Below are positions 59,089-64,000 of a stretch of 64,000 bases of DNA, one piece after another (the first letter of the stretch is position 1; every line of letters starts with the position of its first letter). This DNA is from Macrostomum hystrix (taxonomy: Eukaryota; Animalia; Platyhelminthes), in assembly GCA_950097015.1 (NCBI GenBank), contig CATNEN010000012.1, forward strand, positions 2,170,001 through 2,234,000, given 5' to 3'. Position numbers and translations under genes: made by a program. Under the pieces are notes generated by a model that was given only the letters and a program-made list of their open reading frames with translations, was not told the DNA's origin and did not search any database.

Positions 59089-61269
59089 TCACCACCACAG
59101 CCTGCAAACTCGCTGCTTCCGCCAGCGCGACCACATGCAGATGCCGGAGCAGCATTCGTTGTCGCGCCTGCAAAGTGCGCGATGCTTCAGGCAGGCGGCG
59201 ACGCAGCGACCCGAGCGGCACTCCAGACCGCCGCAACACCGGCGCGAACGTGGGTAGTAGGCACGGCAGCGATCGTACTTTTGACGGCAGCTATGAAATC
59301 CCTCTGAAAAAACAGGCGGGTAGACGGGTGTTGTTGCATTGAATTTAATACTCGCATAGAGAATGCCGCATTGAATGTTCGATAAAATTATTTTCTGGAA
59401 TTGGCATCTACTAGATACAGGATTGGCATCTACTAGGTACAGGATTGGCATCTACTAGATACAGGATTGGCATCTACTAGATACAGGATTGGCATCTACT
59501 AGATACAGGATTGGCATCTACTAGATACAGGATTGGCATCTACTAGATACAGGATTGGCATCTACTGGATACAGAATTGACATCTACTAGATACAGGATT
59601 GGCATCTACTAGATACAGGATTGGCATCTACTAGATACAGAATTGGCATCTACTAGATACCGGATTGGCATCTACTAGATACAGGATTGGCATCTACTAG
59701 ATACAGAATTGGCATCTACTAGATACCGGATTGGCATCTACTAGATACAGGATTGGCATCTACTAGATACAGGATTGGCATCTACTAGATACAGAATTGG
59801 CATCTACTAGATACAGGATTGGCATCTACTAGATACAGGATTGGCATCTACTAGATACAGAATTGGCATCTACTAGATACAGGATTGGCATCTACTAGAT
59901 ACAGGATTGGCATCTACTAGATACAGGATTGGCATCTACTAGATACAGGATTGGCATCTACTAGATACAGGATTGGCATCTACTAGATACAGGATTGGCA
60001 TCTACTAGATACAGGATTGGCATCTACTAGATACAGAATTGGCATCTACTAGATACAGGATTGGCATCTACTAGATACAGGATTGGCATCTACTAGGTAC
60101 AGGATTGGCATCTACTAGATACAGGATTGGCATCTACTAGATACAGGATTGGCATCTACTAGATACAGAATTGGCATCTACTAGATACAGGATTGGCATC
60201 TACTAGATACAGGATTGGCATCTACTAGATACAGGATTGGCATCTACTAGATACAGGATTGGCATCTACTAGATACAGGATTGACATCTACTAGATACAG
60301 GATTGGCATCTACTAGATACAGGATTGGCATCGACTAGATACAGGATTGGCATCTACTAGATACAGGATTGACATCTACTAGATACAGGATTGGCATCTA
60401 CTAGATACAGGATTGGCATCTACTAGATACAGGATTGACATCTACTAGATACAGGATCGGCATCTACTAGATACAGGATTCGCATCGACTAGATACAGGA
60501 TTGGCATCGACTAGGTACAGGATTGGCATCTACTAGATACAGGATTGGCATCTACTAGATACAGGATTGGCATCTACTAGATACAGGATTGGCATCTACT
60601 AGATACAGGATTGGCATCTACTAGATACAGAATTGGCATCTACTAGATACAGGATTGGCATCTACTAGATACAGGATTGGCATCTACTAGATACAGGATT
60701 GGCATCTACTAGATACAGGATTGGCATCTACTAGATACAGGATTGACATCTACTAGATACAGGATTGGCATCTACTAGATACAGGATTGGCATCTACTAG
60801 ATACAGAATTGGCATCTACTAGATACAGAATTGGCATCTACTAGATACAGGATTGGCATCTACTAGATACAGGATTGGCATCTACTAGATACAGGATTGG
60901 CATCTACTAGATACAGGATTGGCATCTACTAGATACAGGATTGGCATCTACTAGATACAGGATTGACATCTACTAGATACAGGATCGGCATCTACTAGAT
61001 ACAGGATTCGCATCGACTAGATACAGGATTGGCATCGACTAGGTACAGGATTGGCATCTACTAGATACAGGATTGGCATCTACTAGATACAGGATTGGCA
61101 TCTACTAGATACAGGATTGGCATCTACTAGATACAGGATTGGCCAGACAATAAATTGAGGCTTATAGATCTTCAAGATGTCGAAGTGTTTTAATCAGCAA
61201 TTTCGATTCACCTGAGCAGGAGATGAGCACAGCGGCCAGGCCAATAAGGCAGATCAGGGTCAACTTCAT
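59089..61269 (-). CDS. Secreted double-knot (tandem ICK-like) 12-Cys peptide, gene 3, 90 aa; exons 61212-61269 and 59089-59303
   Basis: MKLTLICLIGLAAVLISCSEG + FHSCRQKYDRCRAYYPRSRRCCGGLECRSGRCVAACLKHRALCRRDNECCSGICMWSRWRKQRVCRLWW*; phase-1 intron gtgaat..tttcag; AATAAA (minus strand) at 58953-58958. Confidence 0.9.
59397..61143. repeat. 22-bp array (GATACAGGATTGGCATCTACTA) filling the intron of knottin gene 3
   Basis: Direct reading; about 79 units. Confidence 0.97.
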
Positions 61270-61326
61270 GTTTGCGTTTATCGCAGTGCCGGCTTCTCGG
61301 AAATCTTCACAATTACTATTGAAGTA

Positions 61327-62102
61327 CGAGGGGTGTTGCAAAAGTTTCCGGACTAATGCTAATCCTGGTGACAACTCGTGCTTGATTTGGCTGAAAATAG
61401 ATGTCTATGGTATTCAGCCGTAGAAAATACTTTTCCTAAAATTTTATGCAGCTCAGTCAACCACAGCATACATGAGGGCCAAAATAGGTTGCAACCCTTG
61501 AAGCTGTTGACACGATTTTTCACAAACCAAAAGTGAGCGAAAATGAGTCGACCGAAGAATCCATCGGAGTTCGGGTCTAAGGAAAGCCAGCGCCACTTTA
61601 TCATGGCATGCCAACGACAGGGCAAAACTGCCGATTTCCGATTTCCACCAATTTTCACCTCTTTGGCCCAATGAAGATGCCAATGCGGGGCGAGATCTTC
61701 ACAACGCGCGAGGAGGCCCTCGAAGCAGCCAACAAGTCTCTACGTCAGTTCGATGCCAGCTTCTGGGGGTCTGGCTTCGACAAGCTGATTGAGCGCTACC
61801 GAAAGTGCATCTCCTTAAATGGCGAATACGTGGATCGAGCCAGCAACCCACCTGTGGACGCATCCGGCGATAGAAGCGACAGTGACAGTGATTGGTAGCT
61901 GTAACTCGGAAGTCGTATTTCATGACTATAATAATCTAGTGTACAATCGCTTGTTACTTTGGATCATCAACTCCAAACTTTCTAAAACTTAATATTATTT
62001 TAAAATACAGTTGCCTGTTCGTCTGTTTAAATTTTTTGCTGAATCTGATTAAAAGTATCACCATGACGAGCATTAGTCCGGAAACTTTTGCAACACCCCT
62101 CG
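61327..62102 (+). mobile_element. Internally deleted non-autonomous mariner (Tc1/mariner) element, 776 bp
   Basis: Perfect 34-bp TIRs (CGAGGGGTGTTGCAAAAGTTTCCGGACTAATGCT), TA target duplication (61325-6, 62103-4), mariner transposase C-terminal remnant FHLFGPMK..RGEIF...KLIERYRKCISLNGEYV (61608-61898). Confidence 0.93.
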
Positions 62103-62187
62103 TATTAAGGCAGGACAATTTGCCACAATGACTGTTTCAGTTGCTATTATGTAGGTTGCCAAATCGGCCTTATTGATCGCGGCAATC

Positions 62188-62785
62188 GAGGGGCGAGTGG
62201 GTCAGCGGCTAACGTCGCTGCCTCGCACTCCAAAGGACGCTAGTTCGATTCACCCTTCAAGTCACGATTAATTTCGGGACTTGTTGGGGGGTTTGGACAG
62301 TAGCGACCGGCGGAGGTGCACCATATTTCGTGCAATCAAAGCTTGAAATAATAGCTTCGCTCCTACCTTCTGTGTGCCTGTTCTGCGTTTTAGGAGTTTG
62401 TGCGTTGGCGCTGGGGCGTTAGACCTTGCGGGGGGTGGCTGGAGGGCGGGTGTACACCGCCGCGCGCTCCCTGGAATTCCGTCAGCGCGATTGGATAAGT
62501 GTACACTCATCACCCGCCCCCCCCTGAGGACTGATTTCTTATCAGCCTTATCAGCCTATCAGGCTTGGTCTGCTCTGTGCGTGTGGGGCGGGGGTGGGGG
62601 ACACTGCTTCCTATTCTGGGTGCCTCCTGCCCTCCCCGGCTGGTCTGTGCTGCTGTATGTGGTGCCTGCTCAGGGGAGGCGGCGCGATGGGCGCTAAAGC
62701 GCCTAGTTCGCCGGTCTGGGGGCGTGCCGCTCCGTCGCTTGTGCGACAAGTGCCCCGGGCCCCCCTGCAAATAGATAGAGAGATA
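62188..62785 (+). mobile_element. tRNA-derived SINE-like element, about 600 bp
   Basis: 13-bp direct repeats GATCGCGGCAATC at 62175-62187 and 62786-62798; A-box-like TGGGTCAGCGG and B-box GTTCGATTC in the head; simple-repeat tail ATAGATAGAGAGATA. Confidence 0.75.
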
Positions 62786-63374
62786 GATCGCGGCAATCAA
62801 AACATCTGATTACGTAATCACTTTTGTCATCTTACGTACACAGCGCCTTAATTTGATTGGTCAAGCGGAGTACACACTGCCCAATGAGCACGCAGAAAGG
62901 CTTGAGACGATGGCTTGAGCCTAATTCCAATTTTCGACGAATTTAAAGAATGATGGCAAAAATCGATAAAAGAATTAGTTGATTTACCGCTAATGACTTG
63001 CACTAGGTGACAGTAAGTAGGGCACTCACTGAATGCCCAAAAAATTAATTATTGATGTACAAACGTGGCTCTAAAAATAGGCTATATCATAGTGATAGGA
63101 CAGCTTTAAATAGGATGACATAATGGTATTTAAATAAATATTAGACTTCAAAATAACTTCAACTAAGTGTACTGTAAATTGCATTTCCATTTGTCCCATA
63201 TATTTACTCGTACTTGAGCCTCATAATTTCCAGTTTGTTAAAACTAAACAAAATAATAAAGTCATTTTTAGGAAATTATTATAAGAGTGCTCCAACAGTG
63301 ACTCGTAGTTGAGCGTCATACTTTCAAATTTGTTATTCTATACATTTTGTGAGTGACTCACAAAACATCTAGGA

Positions 63375-63706
63375 GCGACTTACTCTGGGAGTGACTTACT
63401 CTTGGAGTGACTTACTCTTGGAGTGACTTACTCTGGGAGTGACTCATTCTGTGAGTGACTCATTCTGTGAGTGACTCATTCTGTGAGCGACTCATTCTGT
63501 GAGTGACTCATTCTGTGAGTGACTCATTCTGTGAGTGACTCATTCTGTGAGTGACTCATTCTGTGAGTGACTCATTCTGTGAGTGACTCATTCTGTGAGT
63601 GACTCATTCTGTGAGTGACTCATTCTGTGAGTGACTCATTCTGTGAGTGACTCATTCTGTGAGTGACTCATTCTGTGAGTGACTCAATCTGTGAGTGACT
63701 CATTCT
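63375..63706. repeat. 16-bp array (GTGAGTGACTCATTCT)
   Basis: Direct reading. Confidence 0.93.
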
Positions 63707-64000
63707 TTGAAATTGCCGCGCAAAAGCTACATCTGGACCGAATAACTTTGGTGTTAATTCAATTTATCTACATCGAAGGCTGCTACAGTTTTTGCATATT
63801 AGCTTACAAGTATTGTTGAAGCCAACGGAACCGGCGGTAGAAAGGATTGATTCTTCCACAAGAAAACTTTTAAGCGAATGATTCAAAAAAGAGAGAGGAC
63901 ACGACCGTTTTAAAATAGAAGGCCTTTGAGCAAGAATTCAGTCGATAAATGTGTGCGCATGCTTATATGCGTGCATTCTTCTCCTGCAGGGCAATCTCTG

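Noticed and set aside
28407-61143. CRISPR-like appearance of the 22-47-bp repeats
   Set aside because: Head-to-tail units with no unique spacers, no cas genes, and a eukaryotic intron context.
62268-62809. Overlapping short ORFs in GC-rich islands (also 3989-4443, 30952-31280)
   Set aside because: Explained by low stop-codon density in GC-rich repeat elements.

Overview
Animal genomic DNA rich in introns and tandem repeats. The repeat-filled introns recall Macrostomum-type flatworms, but that is an impression I cannot test here. (1) About 51 kb (55744->4589, minus strand) holds one giant cadherin gene. I built a 38-exon model by hand from GT/AG junctions with consistent intron phases: 11,727 nt, about 3,908 aa. 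It encodes a signal peptide, about 32 cadherin (EC) repeats, a CDH23/PCDH15-type membrane-adjacent domain, one TM helix and a tail ending STVL*. I found no EGF or LamG domains. (2) A cluster of three small secreted cysteine-rich 'double-knot' (tandem ICK-like) peptide genes lies at 56885-61269. Two are intact two-exon inverted paralogues; the third is interrupted by a 46-bp array. (3) Mobile elements: an internally deleted mariner, tRNA-derived SINEs and two MITEs. One SINE, with a 9-bp target-site duplication, appears to form an entire spliceosomal intron. (4) About 40 tandem arrays, nearly all with a unit unique to their intron. Most long ORFs in the supplied track are read-throughs of these arrays.
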